From Minisyncoccia bacterium (lineage in GTDB: Bacteria; Patescibacteriota; Minisyncoccia; Phycocordibacterales; Phycocordibacteraceae): a stretch of 64,000 nucleotides of DNA. The notes beneath the pieces were generated by a model, which saw only the letters and a program-made list of their open reading frames with translations, made no database searches and had not been told where the DNA came from. Below, piece by piece: positions 38,230 to 47,958 of this stretch. The DNA lies in assembly GCA_038212075.1 (NCBI GenBank), contig JBBQUV010000001.1:99200-163199 (forward strand), in the 5' to 3' direction. A program made the position numbers and the translations under genes. The first letter of the stretch is position 1, and each line of letters begins with the position of its first letter.

Positions 38230-38346
38230 TTAACCCTGACGCGCCTTACGGCGGGGGTTTTTCTTATTGATACGATACAAACGCCCGCCGCGACGGACGA
38301 GAAGATCTCCTGGTTGCTGTTTTTTTATAGAAGCACGAACTTTCAT
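38230..38346 (-). CDS. rpmJ: 50S ribosomal protein L36, Cys-less (zinc-independent) type
   Basis: Manually translated 38-aa [41 protein letters not shown], in the canonical position between infA and rpsM; it lacks the C-x2-C...C...H zinc ribbon. It is below the 60-aa cut-off of the ORF track. Confidence 0.8.
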   Translation of the reverse strand: MKVRASIKKQQPGDLLVRRGGRLYRINKKNPRRKARQG

Positions 38347-38388
38347 GTCGTAACGCAATCGCGGTTAGATCGCACCAAGTAAATAAAA

Positions 38389-38643
38389 CTAGCTCAAACG
38401 CCTCACAATTCGTGCGCGACCCCCATAAGGATCAAGCACCAATTCCACACGATCGCCAACGAGTACACGGATGCGGTGAAGACGCATTTTGCCTGCAAGG
38501 TATGCAAGCAAGAGCTTCCCTTCCTCCTCTCCTTCTTCCGTTGGCATTCGTACTCTAAACAACGAATTGGGAAGCACTTCCTCCACTACACCTGTTGGTA
38601 CCTGCGGAGCAGGTACGTTTCCGTTCAATTCGCTACTATCCAT
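38389..38643 (-). CDS. infA: translation initiation factor IF-1 with acidic loop insertion
   Basis: S1-like fold residues (VLPNSLFRV...GKMR...RVLVGDRV...DPY...RIV) and an extra EEGEEEG insertion. Confidence 0.88.
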   Translation of the reverse strand: MDSSELNGNVPAPQVPTGVVEEVLPNSLFRVRMPTEEGEEEGKLLLAYLAGKMRLHRIRVLVGDRVELVLDPYGGRARIVRRLS

Positions 38644-38695
38644 GTGAAGCGTTGTTTATACTAACAGAGCCGTAGAAAGCCGTCAACAAAGCCAT

Positions 38696-39937
38696 TTAGG
38701 GGGTGTCTACAGTGACCGTAATTTTTGTAGGATCAGCTGGATATGCGCCCCGCCAGAAAGGTCGGAGATTTATGATTGCTTGGCCAATTTCCGGAAACCC
38801 ATCGCTTAGCACTGATTTTGCCGCCGCGGAGCTTTTACCAGCAACCGCACCCGCAATCCTAGCCTTATCAATGTCCCAAACGACAGAAGCGGTTCCTGAA
38901 AGAGTGAAGGAATAGGGGGTATTTGCGGCAGGAGCGGTCTCGGCAACTGCGGGTGTGAGGGCAAGGCCGCTCACTGCTTTTAGTGTTACCAGCTGACCGG
39001 TATAGTCTTGACCGGCCACTTGGCTTGCAATCGCTTTTGCAAATGCAGACGCGGGGAACACCACCGCAGTCGCGGTTGCTTGCTCTTTAATTAGTACGCC
39101 ACCGTTTGCGTCTGCGGAGTCTGGAAGCGGTGCATAGGCCGTGACGACGCTACCGGGGATAAGTACGTATCCGTCGGGAACCTTTGGTGAAATTTCGGCC
39201 GAAATAGTGCCTGCGAGCGTTGCTTTCAATTTTGCGTGCGCCGCATCATCAGTTGCTTGGCTTACTGAAGGGCGTTTACCCGTAAAGCCGCCAGCCATAG
39301 CGCTTGTAGACTTTGCATACACTAACTTCGCTTGCGGTGTTGCCGAAAGTCCAGGGAGTGTAAAGCTGGTTGCGCCAATGTTGTAACTTTCGCCTGCAGA
39401 ATCGGCATAGACAGTGGCAGTAACTGAACCCGGTGTTCCGCCTTTTGCGGGAGGAATCGTTACGGAGTCGTGAATACGGAAAATAAGTCCGGCAGAGGTC
39501 TGAAGACGGGTATTTTTTATCAGGTCTTGCGATTTTGCTTGCTCGTTGTACATAGTGACCGTTCCTTGTGCGGTATCGTTAGCGGCAACGGTGCTTTCCG
39601 CAGGAACGCTTTGACTCGCCACCTTTTGCACGGTAACGAGCGCAAAGGGAAGGTCGCCTGAAGCGGGGGTTGCGATGAAGGGGCCCGCCACCGTACCCGT
39701 GCTTACTTTCGGCACAATTTCAACTTCGTTGGAAGAAAAGAACATAAGTACGCCATACGAAGCGAGAACAAGAAAAAGGCAAACACCTGCGGTAATCCAT
39801 GGGAATTGATGCCGCGGAAGACGGGCATACAGCGGTGGACGTGACTCAGGTGGTGGCGCTGGTTCGTACTGAGGAGTTGGGGCATCGCTTACGCGGCGGC
39901 GTGATGGAGGAATGATGTCATTTATGGTTCGTGGCAT
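38696..39937 (-). CDS. hypothetical membrane-anchored protein, Pro-rich cytoplasmic N-terminus, single TM, large extracytoplasmic Ala/Thr/Ser-rich domain
   Basis: 413 aa; architecture only, no recognisable catalytic motif. Confidence 0.5.
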   Translation of the reverse strand: MPRTINDIIPPSRRRVSDAPTPQYEPAPPPESRPPLYARLPRHQFPWITAGVCLFLVLASYGVLMFFSSNEVEIVPKVSTGTVAGPFIATPASGDLPFALVTVQKVASQSVPAESTVAANDTAQGTVTMYNEQAKSQDLIKNTRLQTSAGLIFRIHDSVTIPPAKGGTPGSVTATVYADSAGESYNIGATSFTLPGLSATPQAKLVYAKSTSAMAGGFTGKRPSVSQATDDAAHAKLKATLAGTISAEISPKVPDGYVLIPGSVVTAYAPLPDSADANGGVLIKEQATATAVVFPASAFAKAIASQVAGQDYTGQLVTLKAVSGLALTPAVAETAPAANTPYSFTLSGTASVVWDIDKARIAGAVAGKSSAAAKSVLSDGFPEIGQAIINLRPFWRGAYPADPTKITVTVDTP

Positions 39938-39944
39938 ACAAAAA

Positions 39945-39987
39945 GTATACCCCGTAGCACTTTTTATTCAAAAGTAGTGCGGGGTAT
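39945..39987 (-). terminator. putative terminator downstream of actin-like ATPase gene
   Basis: Imperfect long hairpin ataccccgtagcact...agtgcggggtat followed on the minus strand by a T-run. Confidence 0.4.
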
Positions 39988-39988
39988 A

Positions 39989-41140
39989 TCACGCACCAAG
40001 ATCGTCAATACGTTTGCCTTGGTACAAAGCAAGCATCATAAGGAAGAGGTCGGCAGAACCGCTTGCGCCAATTTTTATGTGAGGCAAAAATTGTGACGCA
40101 AGCACAGGCAGGATAGAAAGTGGTTCGTCTGAAAGCCACAACGTACGCAAGCGGCTATCATCGAGCGCGTGTCGAATATAGTCACGAACAGGATCGTCAG
40201 AGAGAAGGAATATGGTGCGCGGGAGCGCGTGTCGTTCAGAATATGCTTTCAAGGCTTCCAAAATTTCAGTAAGCCATGTATCTCGTGCCTCAGAAATATT
40301 GGCTGTTTGATTTTTGATAAGGTGAACCCCATCTTTTACTTCCTGCATATCGGAAGTTGGCGGCACAGCGTTTCCGAGTGTTTTTAGCAGATGATGCACG
40401 CCGTAGGGCACGGAAAGCACGGAAGAAAGGAATCCGTGTCTGATAAATACCATCTCGGTTGCCTCTCCCGTAACGTCTATCACCATAAACTCACGTTCGT
40501 GAGGATACATATCCCGCAATACAATGTAGGCAAGCGGTGCGAATGCGGTAAAAGTGATGTGGTGTGAGTGATACGACGCACGAAGCGCCTTGCGCACTTT
40601 GTCGGTTATGGATTCTTCAACGGTTGAAGACAGGATGACAATCTCGGCTAATTTTGCCTGCTTGCCAAACGGTTGGCTTGTCTGGTATCCGTTTAATCGC
40701 ACAGCGATAGCAGATTCTCCAGAAGATATTCTTCCTGTCGGCAATTGTGCTGTTTTCTGAACCACTGTTTGCAACATTGCTCGGGTGAATGTGAATGGTT
40801 TAGCTTCCTCGATGCGTTCCAGACGCACCTTGGTGTCTTGCCATGGTGCGGCAATGGAAACAAACACTTCCCCTACGCTTCCGGAACCGGTCGCGCGGCG
40901 TAGTGCTGAAGCACCTGCGATAGTGAGTTCTTTGTTTACGGCAACGAGAGCACGAAGCATTGACGACTCAACGGATTCATCAGGGTGTATGGTAATGGGC
41001 ACACGAACCGCATATTCCAGCGTTGGTCCATTTTTACCGAGCGAAAGATACCCACCGCCAACGGAACCAGACCCGATATCAATCAGCGCAATAGAGGTTG
41101 ATCCAAGTGAAAAAAAATTCCCAAAAAGACCCATGCACAA
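39989..41140 (-). CDS. actin-like ATPase (ASKHA superfamily) protein; FtsA/PilM/Ppx-like fold, function unassigned
   Basis: N-terminal phosphate-1-like IALIDIGSGSVGGGY, then a second glycine motif (MVIDVTGEATEM) and an overall two-domain layout of about 380 aa. Confidence 0.45.
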   Translation of the reverse strand: MCMGLFGNFFSLGSTSIALIDIGSGSVGGGYLSLGKNGPTLEYAVRVPITIHPDESVESSMLRALVAVNKELTIAGASALRRATGSGSVGEVFVSIAAPWQDTKVRLERIEEAKPFTFTRAMLQTVVQKTAQLPTGRISSGESAIAVRLNGYQTSQPFGKQAKLAEIVILSSTVEESITDKVRKALRASYHSHHITFTAFAPLAYIVLRDMYPHEREFMVIDVTGEATEMVFIRHGFLSSVLSVPYGVHHLLKTLGNAVPPTSDMQEVKDGVHLIKNQTANISEARDTWLTEILEALKAYSERHALPRTIFLLSDDPVRDYIRHALDDSRLRTLWLSDEPLSILPVLASQFLPHIKIGASGSADLFLMMLALYQGKRIDDLGA

Positions 41141-41154
41141 AGTATACGATATGT

Positions 41155-43053
41155 TTACGCTACAACGGCTTTGATACGACGAATACCCGCAGATGACGCT
41201 TCTTCTTTCAAAATACGAAACGTTCCCGCTTCACCAATTTGTTTTGTGTTTGAAACATGAGGGCCACCACAAAATTCAATGGAAAACGCCTCAGAAAATT
41301 TAGGGTCGGTATCGGTTGCTTCTTTTGGTCCCACGGAATACACCGAAACCATTTCAGGGTACTTCACACCAAACTCGTGTTCTGCGCCAAGTTTTTCTGC
41401 ATCCTCTTGTTTCATTACGGTACAGGTAACGGGTAGCTCCTCTTGTATTTTTTCGTTTACGATACGCTCCACTTCTTTTATCTGTTCAGGAGTCATCTTG
41501 CCGGTGTATGAAAAGTCGATACGGAGTCGTTCTGAAGTGATGTTGCTTCCCCGCTGGTGTACGTCTTTTCCAAGCACCATTTGAAGTGCCTTGAGAAGAA
41601 TGTGGTGCGTGGTGTGGTAGCGAACCGTTTGTTCTTGATGGTCGGCAAGTCCGCCCGCAAACTTTTGTGCCGCACCTGCGCGAGATTGCGCTTGATGTTC
41701 CGCCATGTTCTTTTTTACTGACTCCATATCAATACTGATACCGCGTTCCTTTGCGATTTCTTCAGTGAGTTCAATGGGAAAACCGTAGGTAGTGAAGAGC
41801 GTGAACGCGTCAATGCTTTCTGCCATTTTTTCAAGCTCGCGCAAGCCATTGGTAAGGGTTTTTCGAAATTGTGCTTCTTCTTTAACGAGCTCGTCACGAA
41901 TGAAATCATGATTTTGCTTCACAAGTGGATATGCATCAACATACGCATCACCATATCCATCTGCCACTTCCGCAAGTACGGCGTCTTTTACGCCAAGCCG
42001 ATCAGCTTCACGAATAGAACGACGGATAAGCCGGCGAAGCACGTAGCCCTGTTCTGTGTTGCTTGGTGTGATACCGCCCGCGAGCATAAATGATGCCGCG
42101 CGCATATGGTCAAGAATGATGCGGTACGAACGGGTCGTTACGTCATCAGCGCCGTATGATTTTCCTGATCGTTTTTCAATCACGGCACGTGCCGCATCAA
42201 ACACGTCAATCAAAAAAACATCGGGGTTTCCGCGTGTTGCGGCGGTAAGGCGCTCAAGTCCACCACCGAAGTCAACGTTTTGTTTTGGCAAATTACTAAA
42301 ACTGCCATCAGTATTCTTTATAAACTGCATAAACACCGAGTTGCCCACTTCTACAAAACGACCGCAATCGCAGTTTGGGTGGCATTCGGCACCAAACGCT
42401 GTGTTGTGCGGGAGACCGAAGTCATAAAATACTTCTGAGTCGGGACCACCAATTTCCCCTGCGGGCATATTTTTTGGCACCCCCGCGCGACTCCACCAGT
42501 TTTTGCGAGCGCCGTAGGAGAAAATACGCCCACCCTGCATTCCTTTTTTATATCCGTCTTCTTCGGTACCTAGTTCAACAAAACCAGCGTCAATTCCCTT
42601 TTGCGTAAAAAGATTCGTCCAAATATCTATCGCTTCAGTATCTGCACTCATGCCACTTTCAGCATCTCCGGCAAAAACGGTTACGTACAGATTTTTTGGA
42701 TCAAGACCAAGTCCTTCTTCAGAACTCGTAAGGTATTCAAAAAACCACGGAAGTTGTTCTTGTTTAAAGTAGTCACCGAGCGACCAGTTTCCAAGCATTT
42801 CAAAAAAGGTAGTGTGGCGGTTGTCACCCACTTCTTCAATGTCTTCTGCACGGAATGATGTTTGGGAATTAGCAATGCGCTTGCCTTCCGGATGATCCTT
42901 GCCGAGCAGATACGGTACCAAAGGCTGCATTCCGCTACTGGTGAAAAGTGTGGTGGGGTCATTTTCAGGCACGATAGGAGCCGAGGGAATGATGACATGC
43001 CCCCGTGCCTTGAAGTATGCAAAATAGCGGTTTCGTACTTCACTAACGGTCAT
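41155..43053 (-). CDS. alaS: alanyl-tRNA synthetase, short form (lacks C-terminal oligomerisation/DHHA1 region)
   Basis: AlaRS catalytic N-terminus (HTTFFEMLGNWSLGDYFK), editing domain HxxxH...CGGxH (HTTHHILL..., FCGGPHV); 632 aa. Confidence 0.85.
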   Translation of the reverse strand: MTVSEVRNRYFAYFKARGHVIIPSAPIVPENDPTTLFTSSGMQPLVPYLLGKDHPEGKRIANSQTSFRAEDIEEVGDNRHTTFFEMLGNWSLGDYFKQEQLPWFFEYLTSSEEGLGLDPKNLYVTVFAGDAESGMSADTEAIDIWTNLFTQKGIDAGFVELGTEEDGYKKGMQGGRIFSYGARKNWWSRAGVPKNMPAGEIGGPDSEVFYDFGLPHNTAFGAECHPNCDCGRFVEVGNSVFMQFIKNTDGSFSNLPKQNVDFGGGLERLTAATRGNPDVFLIDVFDAARAVIEKRSGKSYGADDVTTRSYRIILDHMRAASFMLAGGITPSNTEQGYVLRRLIRRSIREADRLGVKDAVLAEVADGYGDAYVDAYPLVKQNHDFIRDELVKEEAQFRKTLTNGLRELEKMAESIDAFTLFTTYGFPIELTEEIAKERGISIDMESVKKNMAEHQAQSRAGAAQKFAGGLADHQEQTVRYHTTHHILLKALQMVLGKDVHQRGSNITSERLRIDFSYTGKMTPEQIKEVERIVNEKIQEELPVTCTVMKQEDAEKLGAEHEFGVKYPEMVSVYSVGPKEATDTDPKFSEAFSIEFCGGPHVSNTKQIGEAGTFRILKEEASSAGIRRIKAVVA

Positions 43054-43099
43054 ACGTAAGAAAATAGCACGAACGAGTACGAGATACTATAATCGTTCC

Positions 43100-45067
43100 A
43101 TGACTAAAACAGCGTGGGGTTTTGATACAAAAGGGATGAACACCAAGATTCGACCGCAAGACGACTTTTTCCACTACGCAAACGGCGGGTGGATGAAGCG
43201 TAATCCCATTCCTCCCGCAGAATCTCGTTGGGGTTCGTTTATCGAACTTCGTTATAAAACCGACTACCAACTCCGTGCAATTCTTGCAGAACTTGAGGCG
43301 AAAAAAACGCTCGCAAAAGGAACGCCGGAACAAATAATTCGTGATTTTCAACGTTCCGGTATGGACAGCAAAAAACGAAACGCGCTGGGTGTACGGCCGC
43401 TTGATGGGCTTCGCAAGAAGATTACAAATATTGATTCACTCAAGCACATGGAATCGGTTGTGGCAGAACTACACCGCATAGGCGTCGGCGTACTTTGGGG
43501 TGCTGGGGTAGACCAAGACGCCAAAAAAAGCGACCGTTACGTGCTTCATTTGGTGCAGGACGGGCTTGGTATGCCGGAACGCGACTACTATTTGAACAAT
43601 GACGCGGAATCGAAACGTGTCCGAAGCGCATATGCCATTCATGTAGAAAAAATGTTCCGTCTTATGGGGCAAAAATCAACAGAGGCAAAAAAGAATACCG
43701 AAATACTTCTTCGTATTGAAACAGCGCTGGCAAAAGTGTCTATGAAAAAAGAAGACCGTCGTGACCCCAACAAGACCTACCACAAAATGTCGGTAGCGAA
43801 GCTCAGCAGGCTCGCCCCCACCATTGATTGGCGTGCTTATTTAAAACGCACAGACGGAGACGCGGTGAAAGACGCTATTGTCATGCAACCTGCTTTTTTC
43901 AAAGCCGTTTCAAAACTCTTGACCCACATCTCCCTTTCGGATTGGAAAACATACCTTGAATGGCACGTGGTAAATGATTTTTCCAGCCTTCTTTCGGAAG
44001 CATTTGTAAAACAATCGTTCTCGTTCTACGGAACGGTACTCACGGGCACCAAGCAAATGAAACCGCTTTGGCGTCGTGTTTTGAACAACGTAAACGGTCA
44101 GGTGGGTGAACTGCTTGGACAGATATATGTGAAAAAACACTTTACCGAGGAAGCGAAGCGAAAAATGGATCGGCTCGTTGATGATTTGTTTGTTGCCTAT
44201 GAAGCACGACTGAAGAGCTTGGACTGGATGACGTCCGCAACAAAGAAAAAAGCGTTATTGAAACTACATGCATTCAATCGAAAAATCGGCTATCCCAAAA
44301 AATGGAAGAACTATGCAGGATTGGTGATTACGCCTGAAGAGTACGTGGGTAACGTAATCCGAGCAAATGTGTACGAGCATCGTCGTGCGATGAAGAAACT
44401 CGCGCGCCCTATTGATCGCGAAGAGTGGTTTATGTATCCGCAAACGGTGAATGCATACTTTGCTCCAAACTTGAACGATATTGTGTTCCCTGCCGCCATT
44501 CTTCAGCCGCCATTTTTCGACTTGCACGCCGATGACGCCCTGAACTACGGAGCTATTGGTGCAGTAATTGGCCACGAAATTACCCACGGCTTTGACGATG
44601 AAGGTTCAAAGTTTGACGCAAAAGGAAATTTGAAAAGCTGGTGGACAAAAGAAGACCGCAAGCGCTTTGATGCGAAAGCTGAAACGGTTCGAAAACAATT
44701 TGACCGGTATGTTGTCGCTGATAATGTGCACGTAAATGGAAAACTAACGCTTGGTGAAAATATTGCTGACCTTGGTGGTCTTTCTATTGCCTTTGACGCC
44801 TATCAGCAACAGCTGGCACGTACAGGAAGAAAAGATATTGATGGCTACACTCCTGAACAACGGTTTTTCCTTGGATTCGCACTCTTTGAACGTGAAAACG
44901 TGCGCCCTGAGTTTGAAAAAACGCACGCACTTACCGACCCACATTCGCCGGGACGCTTCCGCATCAACGGTCCAGTTTCAAATTTCGAACCGTTTTATAC
45001 AGCGTATGGACTTACCGCAAAAGACAAACTATTCCGCGCACCGAAGGAAAGACAGATGGTGTGGTAG
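43100..45067 (+). CDS. pepO: M13 family zinc metallopeptidase (neprilysin/PepO-like), no signal peptide evident
   Basis: HEITHGFDDEG (HExxH), downstream ENIADLGG (ExxxD) third zinc ligand; 655 aa. Confidence 0.85.
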   Translation: MTKTAWGFDTKGMNTKIRPQDDFFHYANGGWMKRNPIPPAESRWGSFIELRYKTDYQLRAILAELEAKKTLAKGTPEQIIRDFQRSGMDSKKRNALGVRPLDGLRKKITNIDSLKHMESVVAELHRIGVGVLWGAGVDQDAKKSDRYVLHLVQDGLGMPERDYYLNNDAESKRVRSAYAIHVEKMFRLMGQKSTEAKKNTEILLRIETALAKVSMKKEDRRDPNKTYHKMSVAKLSRLAPTIDWRAYLKRTDGDAVKDAIVMQPAFFKAVSKLLTHISLSDWKTYLEWHVVNDFSSLLSEAFVKQSFSFYGTVLTGTKQMKPLWRRVLNNVNGQVGELLGQIYVKKHFTEEAKRKMDRLVDDLFVAYEARLKSLDWMTSATKKKALLKLHAFNRKIGYPKKWKNYAGLVITPEEYVGNVIRANVYEHRRAMKKLARPIDREEWFMYPQTVNAYFAPNLNDIVFPAAILQPPFFDLHADDALNYGAIGAVIGHEITHGFDDEGSKFDAKGNLKSWWTKEDRKRFDAKAETVRKQFDRYVVADNVHVNGKLTLGENIADLGGLSIAFDAYQQQLARTGRKDIDGYTPEQRFFLGFALFERENVRPEFEKTHALTDPHSPGRFRINGPVSNFEPFYTAYGLTAKDKLFRAPKERQMVW

Positions 45068-45092
45068 GTGACGGTATGCCTGCGTCTTATTT

Positions 45093-45761
45093 TTAGAGCC
45101 AATCAATAGGTGCTTGCCCGTGCTGAATAAGGTACTCATTTGCTTTGATGAAATGATTGTTTCCAAAAAATCCACTATGTGCAGAAAATGGTGATGGGTG
45201 TGGTGATTCAAGTACGAGATGTTTGACCCGATCAATGTGTGCGCCTTTTTGTTTTGCATAGTTTCCCCAGAGCATAAACACAAGATGCTCACCTTTATCG
45301 GAAAGGGCTTTGATGGCGGCATCAGTGAACAATTCCCATCCATGGCCTTGGTGGCTGCCGGCCGTGTGGGCGCGCACCGTAAGTGTGGCGTTTAAAAGCA
45401 GTACTCCCTGCTGTGCCCAGCGCGAAAGATCACCACTCGTATGTACTGGCGGTTTTTTATATTCCGCTTCGATCTCTTTAAAAATATTTTGAAGCGACGG
45501 TGGGATTTTTTGCTCGGCGTCTACCGCAAACGACAGTCCGTTTGCTTGCCCTTGACCGTGATACGGATCTTGGCCAAGTATCACGACCTTCACATCATCA
45601 AAAGGGGTAAGTGCAAACGATCGAAATATCGCCTTTGGTGACGGGTACACGGTAGCTTCCCCATATTCCTTCTTCACGAAATCAGTGAGTTCCTTGAAGT
45701 ACGTCTTCCCGAACTCCTCTTCAAGAGCTTTCTTCCATGACGCTTCCATTTTTACCTCCAT
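45093..45761 (-). CDS. ung: uracil-DNA glycosylase (family 1)
   Basis: VVILGQDPYHGQGQANGLSFAV water-activating/uracil pocket motif and a C-terminal HPSPLSA-like motif (HPSPFSA). Confidence 0.9.
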   Translation of the reverse strand: MEVKMEASWKKALEEEFGKTYFKELTDFVKKEYGEATVYPSPKAIFRSFALTPFDDVKVVILGQDPYHGQGQANGLSFAVDAEQKIPPSLQNIFKEIEAEYKKPPVHTSGDLSRWAQQGVLLLNATLTVRAHTAGSHQGHGWELFTDAAIKALSDKGEHLVFMLWGNYAKQKGAHIDRVKHLVLESPHPSPFSAHSGFFGNNHFIKANEYLIQHGQAPIDWL

Positions 45762-45821
45762 GCATCCAGTATACAGAAAACCGGGTCGTGTGAAGACGCC
45801 GGCTTTTTGTCCTTTCTCGGA

Positions 45822-46274
45822 TTAGATTGGTCCGCGACCAAAGACTTTTAAGAGACAGGCATTCACATAGCCAAGGTTCGTTTCGTAGTCTTGTTGGATG
45901 AGAATCTGGCTACCTTCATCGAAGCTGTCCATGGGAACAAAACCTTTTTCGTTCCCTGTGCTTATACCGAGCACTGTTCCTTTTCCGCGGTAATCAAGAT
46001 ACGCACGTCCAGCTGATCGATTGTACAAACGAACACCGATGTCTTCGTCGATGGTGACCTCGATCACCAACGGGATATCTTTCCCTGAATGTTGTATGTC
46101 TGGAATGGTTCCGACGCATTTGATCGGTACGCAAGTATCTGCGTCTCCGTCGCAGTCAAAACTTTTGATCAACTGAATCAAAACCTTTCCGTACGGCGGA
46201 CTGATATGCCCCGGTTCCACCGAGGCGGGAAGAACCACTACAGAAAAAGCTGAAACAAGTAACATCATGCGCAT
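45822..46274 (-). CDS. hypothetical secreted protein (150 aa)
   Basis: Signal peptide; no recognisable domain. Confidence 0.45.
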   Translation of the reverse strand: MRMMLLVSAFSVVVLPASVEPGHISPPYGKVLIQLIKSFDCDGDADTCVPIKCVGTIPDIQHSGKDIPLVIEVTIDEDIGVRLYNRSAGRAYLDYRGKGTVLGISTGNEKGFVPMDSFDEGSQILIQQDYETNLGYVNACLLKVFGRGPI

Positions 46275-46354
46275 GCACGCTACTCCCGAAGCTCCGAGAT
46301 GAACCTTACTCCCTACCTGCTATCGGTCAACTGTGTGCAGGGGATATTCGTTGG

Positions 46355-46645
46355 TTACTTTTGAATTCGTAAACCCTTTATTGAAACACCCTCGCTCCTC
46401 AGTATGCTCACTTTCATAGAAGGGCCGCCACGATTGTATTCACCAATAGTGCCGTCGGCTCGCACAACACGATGGCAGGGCACGGTAGGATCGTAATTGT
46501 CGCGCATAATAGTGCCCACGGCACGTGCCGCACCTGCGTGTCCGGTAGCAGTGGCCACTTCTCCGTACGTACGCGTTTGTCCTTTCGGAATATGTCGAAC
46601 GGCAGAGCGTACTAAATCTGCAAACACGGTTTTCTGTATAGACAT
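46355..46645 (-). CDS. MGMT-family protein, C-terminal alkyltransferase/DNA-binding domain only
   Basis: PCHRVV active-site motif (VPCHRVVRADGTIGEY) within a roughly 97-aa product. Start chosen at the internal ATG because the longer ORF overlaps the upstream gene. Confidence 0.7.
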   Translation of the reverse strand: MSIQKTVFADLVRSAVRHIPKGQTRTYGEVATATGHAGAARAVGTIMRDNYDPTVPCHRVVRADGTIGEYNRGGPSMKVSILRSEGVSIKGLRIQK

Positions 46646-46646
46646 A

Positions 46647-47429
46647 TTAGGCTTTCTTTTTCTTTGCATGGATTTCTTGAAGCTTTTCACCAGCATATTT
46701 GCGGTACGGACAAAACTTGCACGCACTTCCTGTTTTTGGAATGTCTTCCGACATCAGACACTCTTTCAGTGAATCAAGGACGGCAGGAATCCACGAGTCG
46801 TCACCTTCATATGGCAGAATGGTTACTTCAAATTCAAGCTTGCCGTCAAATGCCTTACGGTCGTTTTGGCCGTTTGCGTATACAAAATAGGCAGTGGGCG
46901 ATACGGTAAACCCATTTTGACGAAGTAACCATTGATATATTTCCGCTTGACGTTTGTAGCCATCTTTCCACTCGTCATCCATCGTCACCGTTTCTTTGCC
47001 TGCCGTTGCCTTGTAATCTGCTACATGCAATTCCCCTTTACTGTTTTTCCAGATATCGTCCACGCCACCACGCACAATTAAGTTTGCAGGAGTATAGAGT
47101 GCCTTTACGCCACGCTTCAGCGCGTCGCGCCATTCGTCCATTCTTGAATCATCAAAAGGTACCGCATCAATGCCGTACTGTTTCATCAAAGGATGCGGCT
47201 TCCCATTTGCACGATATATATCAAATTCTTTCTTAAACAGTTCGTCCACGGCATTATTGAGCGTGAACGGAAAGCTATCAGGTCGCCCGATGCCGTACCG
47301 CGCTTCCATCCAGTAACACCGCGCGCATTCCGTAAAGAATTCTATCTTGCTACGACTTATGGTGTACGGTTCTTTTTGTTTCGGGTTAAATCGTCCCCTT
47401 TCCCACTTAAGTTTATATTCAAACGCCAT
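46647..47429 (-). CDS. PD-(D/E)XK nuclease family protein, Cas4/RecB-like (4 Cys, probable Fe-S)
   Basis: GGVDDIW...ELHVADYKATAG matches the Cas4/RecB nuclease motifs II-III. Cys pairs sit at the N-terminus (ECARC) and C-terminus (CKFC). Start at the internal ATG (MAFEYK). Confidence 0.65.
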   Translation of the reverse strand: MAFEYKLKWERGRFNPKQKEPYTISRSKIEFFTECARCYWMEARYGIGRPDSFPFTLNNAVDELFKKEFDIYRANGKPHPLMKQYGIDAVPFDDSRMDEWRDALKRGVKALYTPANLIVRGGVDDIWKNSKGELHVADYKATAGKETVTMDDEWKDGYKRQAEIYQWLLRQNGFTVSPTAYFVYANGQNDRKAFDGKLEFEVTILPYEGDDSWIPAVLDSLKECLMSEDIPKTGSACKFCPYRKYAGEKLQEIHAKKKKA

Positions 47430-47430
47430 A

Positions 47431-47958
47431 TTACGGATTGGTGTGGAAGAGTGCGATGACACGCTGTCCTGAATCGTAATCAACATACACACTGTCGGCA
47501 TGAAGATCAAATACCCCGTCACCATCATCGCGATAGAGGACAACGGCGTAGGTTTGTCCGGGAAGCGTGTTGCGAAGTAGATGTACCGCGACATTTGATT
47601 CTGAGCCCGCGGTGCCGGCAACACCAAGGATATTACCCAAATCGTTTCCGTGCAGTTCTACTATCGCAACCCATACACCGGGAGCAGGAACAGAAACCGT
47701 ATCAACCACAGCGGCATTGCCCGCGTCTTGATCGTGCACCGTAAGAAGCCCTGAGGAGACGTGTTCTTCAAACCCAGAATTGGTTGTTGAAGAGGTATTA
47801 GGAGTGGCGTTGACCGTATTCTGTGCCGCGCGTAAATCAGTTTCTACAAACCACGCGCTCGCGCACAGCACACCAAGAAGAAAACTGATGCCAGCAATAA
47901 CCACCCCATGACTTTGGCGTGGGGCAGGTGAAAGCATTAGTTCGGTGCTAGGCGTCAT
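47431..47958 (-). CDS. hypothetical membrane-anchored protein
   Basis: N-terminal TM helix, no recognisable domain. Start at internal ATG (MTPSTEL). Confidence 0.45.
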   Translation of the reverse strand: MTPSTELMLSPAPRQSHGVVIAGISFLLGVLCASAWFVETDLRAAQNTVNATPNTSSTTNSGFEEHVSSGLLTVHDQDAGNAAVVDTVSVPAPGVWVAIVELHGNDLGNILGVAGTAGSESNVAVHLLRNTLPGQTYAVVLYRDDGDGVFDLHADSVYVDYDSGQRVIALFHTNP

